DNA of 24,058 bases from Fusobacteriota bacterium (GCA_051746725.1 JBNJFI010000026.1:1-24058), one strand, 5' to 3'; shown: positions 8,171-16,620, counted from the first letter of the stretch. Program-made: numbers and translations. Notes: a model not told the origin generated them from the letters alone.

Positions 8171-9064
8171 ATGTTAAAAAAAATTAAAGGTTTATTTGTA
8201 ATAACTAGTAAAATTTTAATTATTTCTATAATAGTTTTAATTAGTACTAACTTTCTAACAAATAAAATAGGAAGATTAAAGGTAAGTAAAATTAACTTAG
8301 AAGAAGTAAATTCCAAAACTTCAAAAGAGTGGTTAGACTCGGCAGATATGATAAAGCGGAATTTTGGAATGAATGAAGATGTATTGCTAGCATATAAGAA
8401 TGCTTTAAAAACAGCAAAAGAAAATAAAGATAAAAGTTCTGCATTACGAAAAATAGCATACTATTATCACGAAAAGGGTGATTATAAGAATGCAGAGAGT
8501 AGTTATGAAAAAGCTATCGAAATATATCCAGAAGGAATTAAAGCATATATAGGTATTTTGGATATGTATGTAGATAAAAGTGATAAAAAAAAGGCTGAAA
8601 AAAAATATTTAGAAGCTATGGATAAATTAGAAAATGGAGTGGTAAAGAGGGACATTAATCTGGGATATGTAGTAGTCAACTTAAATTACGCTAATTTCTG
8701 GAGAGGTAAAAAAAATGCCAATAAAGCTTTAAAGTATTTAAAAATAGCCTTATCTAAGATAGATAACGAAGTGAAGAAAGAGTTTCCCGATTATTGGGGG
8801 GTTTATTTGTTATTGGGGACAAAGTATGCGATGTTAAAAGAATATAAAAAAACAATAAAATATGAAAAAATGGTATTAAAACAAAGCCCAAATAATCCTA
8901 GAGCATTAAATACAATAGCTTTTGCTTATGATATGTTAGGGGAGTATGAATTGGCTTTAGAGTACTATAGAAAAGCTTTAAAATATGGAAGTCCACATGC
9001 AAAAAAAAATATAGAAATAATGAAGAAACAAATGAAGCAAAATAGTGAGAATGATAAAAAATAA
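8171..9064 (+). CDS. Membrane-anchored tetratricopeptide repeat protein (TPR paralogue 1)
   Basis: 297 aa; N-terminal hydrophobic helix; TPR motifs (AESSYEKAIEIYP, ALNTIAFAYDMLGEYELALEYYRKAL); GAGGAG RBS. Confidence 0.9.
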   Translation: MLKKIKGLFVITSKILIISIIVLISTNFLTNKIGRLKVSKINLEEVNSKTSKEWLDSADMIKRNFGMNEDVLLAYKNALKTAKENKDKSSALRKIAYYYHEKGDYKNAESSYEKAIEIYPEGIKAYIGILDMYVDKSDKKKAEKKYLEAMDKLENGVVKRDINLGYVVVNLNYANFWRGKKNANKALKYLKIALSKIDNEVKKEFPDYWGVYLLLGTKYAMLKEYKKTIKYEKMVLKQSPNNPRALNTIAFAYDMLGEYELALEYYRKALKYGSPHAKKNIEIMKKQMKQNSENDKK

Positions 9065-9137
9065 ATAATATTATATGAGGAAAAAAATGGAAAAATCAGA
9101 AAACAAAATTATCAGAAATGAGATAAAGATTGATAAT
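9031..9137 (+). repeat. 107-bp direct repeat, copy 1 (TPR 3' end, intergenic region and start of a gene stub)
   Basis: 103/107 identical to 10114-10220 (offset 1083 bp). Confidence 0.95.
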
Positions 9138-9182
9138 GATAAAACAACTAAATTTTTTCACAAAATAAATAAAAAGATATAA
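9087..9182 (+). pseudogene. Short ORF or gene stub MEKSENKIIRNEIKIDNDKTTKFFHKINKKI
   Basis: GAGG RBS; first 17 codons shared with 10170-10223, after which the two diverge. Confidence 0.4.
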
Positions 9183-9229
9183 TTATATCTAATTGTTGTA
9201 TTACGACACAGGCTTTGAAAGGAGAGACG

Positions 9230-10147
9230 ATGAAAAAAATACCGAAATCTATAAAGTTCTATATAAAACTTTTTATAATCATTTTTTTAATAATAACAGT
9301 TCCACCTATACTGGAATTATTTGATTATGAAAAGATAGAAGTAAATTTTAAGGATGTAAGATCTAAAACGGCACAAGAGTGGATAGAGACAGCAGAGAAG
9401 ATAGAGAAGATAGGACAGAATGAGGATGCAATAAAGTCCTATACAAATGCATTAAAGTTATTAGATAAAAAAGAGGCAAAAGCGGATATATATAATGAAA
9501 GAGGTTCTTTGTTCGATAAGTTAAAAAATTATAAAAAAGCAGAGAATGACTATTTAGAGGCCAAAAGATTAGATCCAAATAATATGGATGTATATGCAAA
9601 TTTATTAAAAATGTATGATAAGAAAAAATTAATTATTAAAGATTTAGAAGCTTATTTAGAGGAGATTAAAAAGGCAGAGGAGGTATATTTTGAGGGGATA
9701 AAGAGGATTGAAGAGGGAAAAGTAACTGAAGATATAGATAAGTGGTATATATTTTTAAATTGGTTTTATGGGAATTGTTTTTCGATAAATGGTGAAAAAA
9801 ATTTAAAAAAAGCAAAAGTGTATTATGAAAAAGCACTTAAGAGGTTAGAAAGAACAGATGAAGAAAATGATCATTTTTTTAAAGTGTATATAGTTGTATC
9901 TAGAGTTAATGTAAAGTTAGAAAATTATGAAGAGGGAAAAAAGTATGCAAAATTAGTATTAGAAGAGGATGAAGATAATGATATAGCATTAAATTTATTG
10001 GGGTTCTCCTATTATTCATTAGGAGAATATAAATTAGCTTTGAAGTATTTTAAAAAAGCTGCTGAAAATGGAAATCCACATGCAAGAGGAAATATAGAGA
10101 TAACAAAGAAAAAAATGAAGCAAAATAATGAGAATGATAAAAAATAA
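9230..10147 (+). CDS. Membrane-anchored tetratricopeptide repeat protein (TPR paralogue 2)
   Basis: ATG at 9230 after AAGGAG RBS (preferred to TTG 9215); TM helix; shared SKTAxEW motif; TPRs; C-terminus near-identical to paralogue 1. Confidence 0.9.
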   Translation: MKKIPKSIKFYIKLFIIIFLIITVPPILELFDYEKIEVNFKDVRSKTAQEWIETAEKIEKIGQNEDAIKSYTNALKLLDKKEAKADIYNERGSLFDKLKNYKKAENDYLEAKRLDPNNMDVYANLLKMYDKKKLIIKDLEAYLEEIKKAEEVYFEGIKRIEEGKVTEDIDKWYIFLNWFYGNCFSINGEKNLKKAKVYYEKALKRLERTDEENDHFFKVYIVVSRVNVKLENYEEGKKYAKLVLEEDEDNDIALNLLGFSYYSLGEYKLALKYFKKAAENGNPHARGNIEITKKKMKQNNENDKK

Positions 10148-10220
10148 ATAATATTATATGAGGAAAAAAATGAAAAAATCAGAAAACGAAATTATCAGAA
10201 ATGAAATAAAGATTGATAAT
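10114..10220 (+). repeat. 107-bp direct repeat, copy 2
   Basis: 103/107 identical to 9031-9137; contains stub MKKSENEIIRNEIKIDN* (10170-10223). Confidence 0.95.
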
Positions 10221-10239
10221 TAGATATTAGGAGAATAAC

Positions 10240-10404
10240 GTGATAACAACTGAGTATAAAAAGCAAACAGAGTTATTAATCCAAAGTATGGCAGGATTTG
10301 GAGTTGAAAATGGAGAAATTCAATTGGATATAGAAGATAAAAATCAATTTGATCAGGACTATGCCATTACATTTGTTAATACTGGGAAAAGTATAGCTAG
10401 TTAA
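10240..10404 (+). pseudogene. 54-aa ORF resembling the C-terminal secretion-signal region of RTX/T1SS substrates
   Basis: AGGAG RBS, GTG start; MITTEYKKQTELLIQSMAGFGVENGEIQLDIEDKNQFDQDYAITFVNTGKSIAS; LLIQSMAGF resembles the QLIQAMAxF motif; followed by a terminator. Confidence 0.5.
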
Positions 10405-10414
10405 AAAAATAAGT

Positions 10415-10446
10415 GGGGAGAAGAGATTTATTTCTCTTCTCTCTTT
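10415..10446 (+). terminator. Rho-independent terminator
   Basis: GGGGAGAAGAGA-TTTATT-TCTCTTCTCTCT followed by TT. Confidence 0.7.
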
Positions 10447-10471
10447 AAAACAGAGGCGAAAGGATAATAAT

Positions 10472-11390
10472 ATGTTAAAAGAAAAATTGATATTTTGAAT
10501 TAAAATGGTAATAATAATAGGAGTAACTTTTACATCGTATGAATTTTTTCAATATGTAGAGAATAATATGACAAAACAAGAGGTAAAGGTAAACTTTAAA
10601 GATGAGAGCTCTAAAACAGCAGAAGAGTGGGCGGAAACAGGAACCATGCTAAAAGAAAATCAATGGCTGGAAGATGCTCTGGAAGCTTACAGGAATGGAC
10701 TAAAAGTAGCAAAAAATAACGAGATGAAAGGAAAATTGTATAGAAAAATGGGATCAGCTTACAGAACAAAAGGAGATAATAAAAAATCAGAAGAATATTT
10801 TAAAAAAGCTATTAAAACAGATCCCAAAAGTGTATATCCTTATATATATATTGAGTTTATATACTAGTATAGGAGAAAAAGAAAACGGAGATGAGATATA
10901 TCTCAAGGCAAAAAAGAGATTGGATAATGGAGAAATTTTAAAAGATAGAAATATAGGATATGTAGGAATAAATTTAAATTATGCACAATTTTTTTTAGGT
11001 GAAGAAGATGTTGAAAAAGCTTTAAAATATCTACGTCCAGCCCTTTCATATGTAGATGAAGAAGTAAAGAAAAAAGGGTACCATATAAATTTATACATTT
11101 CTTTAAGCCAAAAGTATATAATGTTACCGGATTATGAAAAGGCTAAAAAGTATGCTGGCATGGTACTGAAAGAGAAGCCAAAGAATAAGAGAGCCTTAAA
11201 TTTGATGGGGTTTTCGTATAGCCATTTGAAAAAGTATAAGAAAGCTCAGAAATATGGGAACCCTCATGCCAAGAAAAATATTAAAGAAGTGAAGAAAAAA
11301 ATAGAAAAAGCAAAAAAAAGAAAAATCCTAGAAGAAGTAAATCAGAATGAAGGTGAAATAACAATAGGGAATAATATAGTAGAAAAATGA
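10472..11390 (+). pseudogene. TPR paralogue 3, pseudogene (nonsense codon, frameshift and small deletion)
   Basis: ATG 10472 (MLKEKLIF) then in-frame TGA 10496-10498 before ORF 10505; frameshift at (TA)5 10841-10850; both halves align to paralogue 1 (RNIGYVGINLNYAQF vs INLGYVVVNLNYANF); last TPR lacks about 7 aa. Confidence 0.85.
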
Positions 11391-11401
11391 AGGGTGGGAA
11401 T

Positions 11402-11464
11402 ATGTTAAAAGAAAAACATTTAGCAGCAGTGGATAGATTAGAAAAGGGAGTGATTGAGAAATGA
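11402..11464 (+). pseudogene. Relic of a fourth TPR paralogue (internally deleted)
   Basis: AATATGTTAAAAGAAAAA (11399-11416) identical to 10469-10486; MLKEKHLAAVDRLEKGVIEK* matches the mid-protein segment EKKYLEAMDKLENGVVK of paralogue 1. Confidence 0.65.
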
Positions 11465-14082
11465 AATCAAAAGTAATTATATTATTAATGATAATATATT
11501 TTTTAATTTTGGGGTGTAATAGAAATATTAAAGTAACTAAGTTGGAAATCAAATCTTCTCCCCAAATAATTAAATTATATAATCCAACGTTAGAGAGAAG
11601 TATTAAAGAAATACTGGGAAAAGGAACTGATCAGAATCTTACAAGACAGGATTTAGAAAATATAGAAAGCTTGGACTTATCTGATAAAAAAATAACTGAT
11701 CTCCGAGGAATTAATTATTTTAAAAACTTGAAGAAATTAAATCTATCATGGAATAAAATAGAAGATATTCGTACATTAAGAAATCTAACTAAATTAAACA
11801 GTTTAATATTAGCTGGAAATAGGGTTCAATATCTTAGGCCACTTAGAGAGATAAAATCCCTGAAGGTCTTGAACGTATCAGATAACAACATTGAGAATAT
11901 TACGTCACTAGCAAGTCTTACAAATCTTAAGAAACTTGATATTTCAGATAACCTAATTACTACTGTTGAACCGATAAAGGGATTGCAGAAATTAGAGGAG
12001 GTTTATCTCTCGATGAATCATTTTAAAAAAGAGGAGATGGACATACTGATAAGTCAGGGGACAAAACTGTATAACAAAGAAAAAAATATCGTATTTAAAA
12101 ATTCTAAGTTTGAAATACTTGTAAAAAAAGAGCTATATAAAAAAATAGATGAAAAGATAACTAAATTTGAACTTTTAGGGATAGAAAAATTAGATATTTC
12201 AGGTACATGCTTAAAAGATTATAGTGATATACAATATATGATTAATCTAAAATATTTAGACATATCAAATAATGAATTGAAAGATATTAATTTCATTAAA
12301 GGTCTAACAAAATTAGAACAAGTGGCTCTGACTAAAAATAAGATAGAGGATCTTTCTCCATTAGCAGACAACGAAAATCTAGTGGTTCTCAAAGCAGATA
12401 AAAATGAAATAGAGGATCTTTCTCCATTAGCAGGAAATAAAAAATTAGTGACTCTCGATGCAAATAAAAATAGAATAAAAAATATTAAAGTTATTCAAGA
12501 ATTTCCAAAATTAGAAGTTTTAAACCTTTTTGGAAATGAAATTGAAAAGATTAATTCATTAAAAAAAGCAACGGAATTAAGAGAGATCTATCTTGGAAAA
12601 AACCAAATTAAAAGTTTAGATCCGATACAAGAACTAATCAATCTCCGTATTATTAAATTCGGAGGAAATAAGATAGAAAATATAAAGGTAATAAAAAATT
12701 TAAAGGAACTTAAGGAGATTAATTTAGGAAGTAATAGAATAAAAAATATTGATGTTTTAGAAAATTTACAGAAGTTGGAAAAAATAAAAATGTTTAAAAA
12801 TCAAGTAGATGATTTATCTTCTATTAAAAATCTTAAAAATATAAAACAGATAAATTTTTATGGAAACAGGATAAAAGATATATCACCTATATCAAACTTA
12901 AGAAAACTAAATGAGATTGAGCTAGGAGAGAATAGTTTTAAGGATCTTACTCCTATAAACAGGATGGAGAGTTTGGAAATTCTAGGTTTAGAGTACAATA
13001 AGATTAGAGATATTAAAATTTTAATAAATTTGAAAAACTTAAAATCTCTTAACCTATATGGAAACCAAGTAGAAGATATTACGGGACTAAGTAAGCTAAA
13101 AAAATTAAAATATCTTTCTATCGGAAAAAATAATATAAAATCTTTTGATGAAATAGGTAAAATGACACAGTTGAAAGAACTATATTTACATAATAGTGAA
13201 ATTAAAGACATATCATTTTTAAAAAACTTAAAAAATCTAGAAAAATTAAATCTTCATAATACTAAAATAGAGAGTATAGACCCTCTTAGAGAAATTTTTA
13301 AATCGAGAGACTTGGAATATCTGAACTTATCTGATAACCAAATAATTGATTTAACTGCTTTGTCAGAATTATCATATATAAGAACTTTAAATATTGGAAA
13401 GAATAAGATACAAAATATAGATCCTCTTAAAAAAATATCACAAATAGAAACTTTATATTTATATGATAATCAATTAAAAAAAGAGGATGTAAAAAAATTA
13501 GATAGTAATGTAACAAAAGTAGACATTACCAAGGAAGATTATAATTTTGAATTGGTGGATTTAGCTAGAGAAGGCAATTTGGATGCTATAAAGGCTCTAA
13601 TACAAGATGGAGTAGATATAAATATTCGAGATAGTAGAGGATTTACTCCTTTATTTGAAGCATCCTATTACGGGCATTATGAAGTTGTAAAGTTTTTATT
13701 GGATTCAGGTGCTGATGTAGATCCAGGACCAGTTTTTAACTATACACCTTTAATGGGGTCGGTTAAATATTCTGATTTTAAGATTGCTAATTTACTAATA
13801 AAATCAGGTGCTAACGTGAATGCCCAAAATATATCTGGAACTACGGCTTTAATGTACTCGGTTTCGGATGCTACTAATATTAAAATAGCAAAACAGTTAA
13901 TTGAAAATGGGGCTAAGGTCAATGAAACTGATTTTAGGGGTAATACTGCTCTTATGTATGCGTTAGAGTCTAGAGATACCGAAATGATAGATTTGTTGAT
14001 CGAAGCAGGAGTTGATACAAAAATTAAAAATGATAATGGTGAAACGGCATGGGATATACAAAAAAGGTTAAAATTGCAATAG
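11461..14082 (+). CDS. Lipoprotein with internalin-like leucine-rich repeats and C-terminal ankyrin repeats
   Basis: 873 aa; lipobox LILGC; over 20 LRRs of 22 aa (LxxLxLxxNxIxDIxxL) in two blocks, each with a cap; ankyrin motifs GFTPLFEA, YTPLM, GTTALM, GNTALM, GETA. Confidence 0.9.
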   Translation: MKSKVIILLMIIYFLILGCNRNIKVTKLEIKSSPQIIKLYNPTLERSIKEILGKGTDQNLTRQDLENIESLDLSDKKITDLRGINYFKNLKKLNLSWNKIEDIRTLRNLTKLNSLILAGNRVQYLRPLREIKSLKVLNVSDNNIENITSLASLTNLKKLDISDNLITTVEPIKGLQKLEEVYLSMNHFKKEEMDILISQGTKLYNKEKNIVFKNSKFEILVKKELYKKIDEKITKFELLGIEKLDISGTCLKDYSDIQYMINLKYLDISNNELKDINFIKGLTKLEQVALTKNKIEDLSPLADNENLVVLKADKNEIEDLSPLAGNKKLVTLDANKNRIKNIKVIQEFPKLEVLNLFGNEIEKINSLKKATELREIYLGKNQIKSLDPIQELINLRIIKFGGNKIENIKVIKNLKELKEINLGSNRIKNIDVLENLQKLEKIKMFKNQVDDLSSIKNLKNIKQINFYGNRIKDISPISNLRKLNEIELGENSFKDLTPINRMESLEILGLEYNKIRDIKILINLKNLKSLNLYGNQVEDITGLSKLKKLKYLSIGKNNIKSFDEIGKMTQLKELYLHNSEIKDISFLKNLKNLEKLNLHNTKIESIDPLREIFKSRDLEYLNLSDNQIIDLTALSELSYIRTLNIGKNKIQNIDPLKKISQIETLYLYDNQLKKEDVKKLDSNVTKVDITKEDYNFELVDLAREGNLDAIKALIQDGVDINIRDSRGFTPLFEASYYGHYEVVKFLLDSGADVDPGPVFNYTPLMGSVKYSDFKIANLLIKSGANVNAQNISGTTALMYSVSDATNIKIAKQLIENGAKVNETDFRGNTALMYALESRDTEMIDLLIEAGVDTKIKNDNGETAWDIQKRLKLQ

Positions 14083-14104
14083 AAAATATAATAATTTAAA
14101 TAAC

Positions 14105-14134
14105 AGGGAGTTATCTTATAAGATAGCTCCCTTT
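14105..14134 (+). terminator. Rho-independent terminator
   Basis: AGGGAGTTATCTT-AT-AAGATAGCTCCCT then TTAGTTTT. Confidence 0.85.
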
Positions 14135-14321
14135 AGTTTTAATTTAGAAGATATAAGATTATAATAAAATGAAAGGTTAAAAAAATTACACGAAATGATT
14201 TATTCAAGAGAAACATTAATAATTAGATAAGCAATTATACAAGGATTCAAGGTATATTATTTACTATATATGTAATGAATACAATGTATATAAAATTTGA
14301 ATATTTTAATGGGATTACATA

Positions 14322-14350
14322 TTGACAAAAGTCTTTTAAAATAGTATACT
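14322..14350 (+). promoter_or_regulatory. sigma70 promoter of the liv operon (TTGACA-17-TATACT)
   Basis: TTGACA 14322-14327, TATACT 14345-14350. Confidence 0.85.
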
Positions 14351-14413
14351 ACTAACAGTACAAACTGGATGAAGAAAGTCCTAACAGGGACAAACAAAAA
14401 AGGAGGAAATAAG

Positions 14414-15676
14414 ATGAAAAAGAAAGTTTTAAGTATTTTAGGAATTATGTTATTTACAACAGCGATGTTTGCAGAAAACATCAAAATTGGTATGCTAACA
14501 CCATTATCAGGTCCGATAGCAATTTATGGACAAGCAACTTTAAATGGTATAAAATTAGCAACAGAAGAATTAAATGAAGCAGGTGGAATAAAAGGTAAAA
14601 ATGTAGAATTGATAATTGAAGACAATAAAGGTGATGCAGCAGAAGCTGTAAATAGTGCAAAAAAGATTATGAACGTTGATGATATAAAGGCTTTATTAGG
14701 GCCTGTAATTAGTACAAATTCATTGGCCGTTGCTCCAATAATGCAAGAAAACAAAATACCTATGATAACACCGACAGGTACAAGTAGTCAGATAACAAAA
14801 GTAGGAGATTATATAGCTAGAACATGTTTTATTGATGAATTTCAAGGGGCTGTAATGGCTAACTTTGCATCAAATAATCTAGATGCTAAAAAAGCGGTTT
14901 TGATGACAGATTTAAATAGTGATTATAGTAAAGGATTAGCTGAAGAATTTACAAAAGTATTTGAAGCTAATGGTGGAGAGATTGCTGATGAAGTATCATA
15001 TTCAGCAAATGATGTAGATTTTACTTCTCAATTAACTAAAATTAAAGCTAAAAAACCAGATGTTATATTTGTTCCTGGATATTATAATGAAGTATCTTTA
15101 ATTGTAAAACAAGCTAGAGATTTAAAAATTGATTCTGTTTTCTTAGGCGGAGACGGTTGGGATAATGGAAAATTATTTGAAATAGCAGGAGATAGTATTA
15201 ATGGAAGTTATATAAGTACTCATTTTTCACCTGAAAGTGAAGATGAAGATATACAAAATTTCTTGAAAAACTATAGAGCTAGATTTGGAGAAGATCCAAG
15301 TGTATTAGCAGCTTTGGGATATGATGCAGCAGGTGTTATGTTCGAAGCAATGAAAAAGACAGAAAATTTAGAAAGAGACGAAATAAAACAACAAATTAAT
15401 AGCACAGAAGATTATAAAGGTGTTACCGGAACTATAACAATAGATAAAAATAGAAATGCTCAAAAAAGTGCATTTGTATTAGAAGCTAAAGACGGAGAAT
15501 TTGTTTACGAAGCAACAATAGCTCCAATGGAATCGGTTGAAAAAGAACCGGAAGCAACAAAAGCAGAAAAAGCAGAAGAAAAAGAGGAAGAAGAGCAAAA
15601 AAGTTCAAATACAACAATAATCATAATAGTAGTACTGGCAGCGATAGTGGGAATTGCATTATATAATAGAAAGTAG
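14414..15676 (+). CDS. livK: Branched-chain amino acid ABC transporter substrate-binding protein (LivJ/LivK family) with C-terminal TM anchor
   Basis: ATG 14414 after AGGAGG (preferred to 14369); IKIG..TPLSG..A.YG, RTCFIDEFQG, DYSKGL, GGDGWD, LGYDA, YKGVTG.I motifs. Confidence 0.9.
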   Translation: MKKKVLSILGIMLFTTAMFAENIKIGMLTPLSGPIAIYGQATLNGIKLATEELNEAGGIKGKNVELIIEDNKGDAAEAVNSAKKIMNVDDIKALLGPVISTNSLAVAPIMQENKIPMITPTGTSSQITKVGDYIARTCFIDEFQGAVMANFASNNLDAKKAVLMTDLNSDYSKGLAEEFTKVFEANGGEIADEVSYSANDVDFTSQLTKIKAKKPDVIFVPGYYNEVSLIVKQARDLKIDSVFLGGDGWDNGKLFEIAGDSINGSYISTHFSPESEDEDIQNFLKNYRARFGEDPSVLAALGYDAAGVMFEAMKKTENLERDEIKQQINSTEDYKGVTGTITIDKNRNAQKSAFVLEAKDGEFVYEATIAPMESVEKEPEATKAEKAEEKEEEEQKSSNTTIIIIVVLAAIVGIALYNRK

Positions 15677-15679
15677 ATT

Positions 15680-15711
15680 ATTAAAGGCAGCCATTCGTGG
15701 TTGCCTTTAAT
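15680..15711 (+). terminator. Intra-operon hairpin after the binding-protein gene (partial terminator or mRNA stabiliser)
   Basis: ATTAAAGGCAGCCA-TTCG-TGGTTGCCTTTAAT. Confidence 0.7.
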
Positions 15712-15729
15712 TTTATGGAGGGGTGAAAA

Positions 15730-16608
15730 ATGATAGAGTTTTTACAGCAAGTAATTAATGGATTATCTTTAGGTTCAATTTATGCATTAATAGCATTGGG
15801 ATATACGATGGTTTATGGTATTTTAAAATTAATAAATTTTGCACACGGAGAAATTTATATGATAGGGGCTTATATAGCGTATTATGTAGTAGCTAGATTT
15901 GAAGTTAATTTTATAATAGCATTGATAGTATCCATGGTTTTAACGGCAATAGTTGGAGTTGTTATAGAAAAACTAGCTTATAAACCATTGAGACATTCAT
16001 CGAGGATCTCTGCATTATTAACAGCTTTAGGGGTTTCGATGTTTTTACAAAATAGTGGATTAAAGGTATTTGGAGGAGATCCAAAGTCATTTCCAGAATT
16101 AATACCTAATAAGATATATTTTTTAGGCGATTTGATAATATTTAATCAACAAATTGTAATAGTAGTTGTTTCTATAATACTTATGATACTTTTATATTTT
16201 GTAGTAAATCACACTAAAACAGGTAAAGCTATGCGAGCAGTTGCATTTGACAAAGATGCTGCAAAATTAATGGGGATAGATTCAAATAAAATAATATCTT
16301 ACACATTTGCAATAGGTTCTGCCTTGGCAGCAGCAGCAGGAGTTTTAGTAGGGATGAGATTTAATAGAATAGATCCTCTTATGGGAATGATGCCAGGATT
16401 AAAAGCATTTGTCGCAGCAGTGTTAGGTGGAATTGGAAGTATACCTGGAGCCGTTATAGGTGGATTTATAATGGGGATTTCTGAATCTCTAGTTGTAGGA
16501 TATATATCTTCAAGCTATAGAGATGCAATAGCATTTGGGATTTTAATTGTAATATTATTAGTTAAACCTGATGGTATAATGGGTAAAAATGTAAAAGAAA
16601 AAGTTTAA
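15730..16608 (+). CDS. livH: Branched-chain amino acid ABC transporter permease
   Basis: GSIYALIALGYTMVYGILKLINFAHGE, GKAMRAVA, KAFVAAVLGGIGS. Confidence 0.95.
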   Translation: MIEFLQQVINGLSLGSIYALIALGYTMVYGILKLINFAHGEIYMIGAYIAYYVVARFEVNFIIALIVSMVLTAIVGVVIEKLAYKPLRHSSRISALLTALGVSMFLQNSGLKVFGGDPKSFPELIPNKIYFLGDLIIFNQQIVIVVVSIILMILLYFVVNHTKTGKAMRAVAFDKDAAKLMGIDSNKIISYTFAIGSALAAAAGVLVGMRFNRIDPLMGMMPGLKAFVAAVLGGIGSIPGAVIGGFIMGISESLVVGYISSSYRDAIAFGILIVILLVKPDGIMGKNVKEKV

Positions 16609-16620
16609 AAGGAGGTAGAA

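Noticed and set aside
9031..10220. Diversity-generating retroelement TR/VR pair
   Set aside because: Only 4 mismatches, all A/G transitions and not all at adenines of one copy; the repeat extends well beyond the stop codon; no reverse transcriptase in the window
10496..10498. TGA recoding (alternative genetic code or selenocysteine)
   Set aside because: TGA terminates normal genes here (e.g. livM, the response regulator) and the same gene carries other lesions, so a nonsense mutation is simpler
8171..11464. Integron cassette array (attC sites between TPR genes)
   Set aside because: No RYYYAAC...GTTRRRY-bounded palindromes at the gene boundaries and no integrase
14351..14413. T-box or riboswitch in the liv leader
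   Set aside because: Leader is only about 55 nt, with one small hairpin (GTCC..GGAC), no T-box motif and no terminator
14369..14413. Upstream start of the binding protein at 14369 (likewise 9215 and 19747 for their genes)
   Set aside because: Downstream ATGs (14414, 9230, 19726) have properly spaced Shine-Dalgarno sequences and give plausible N-termini
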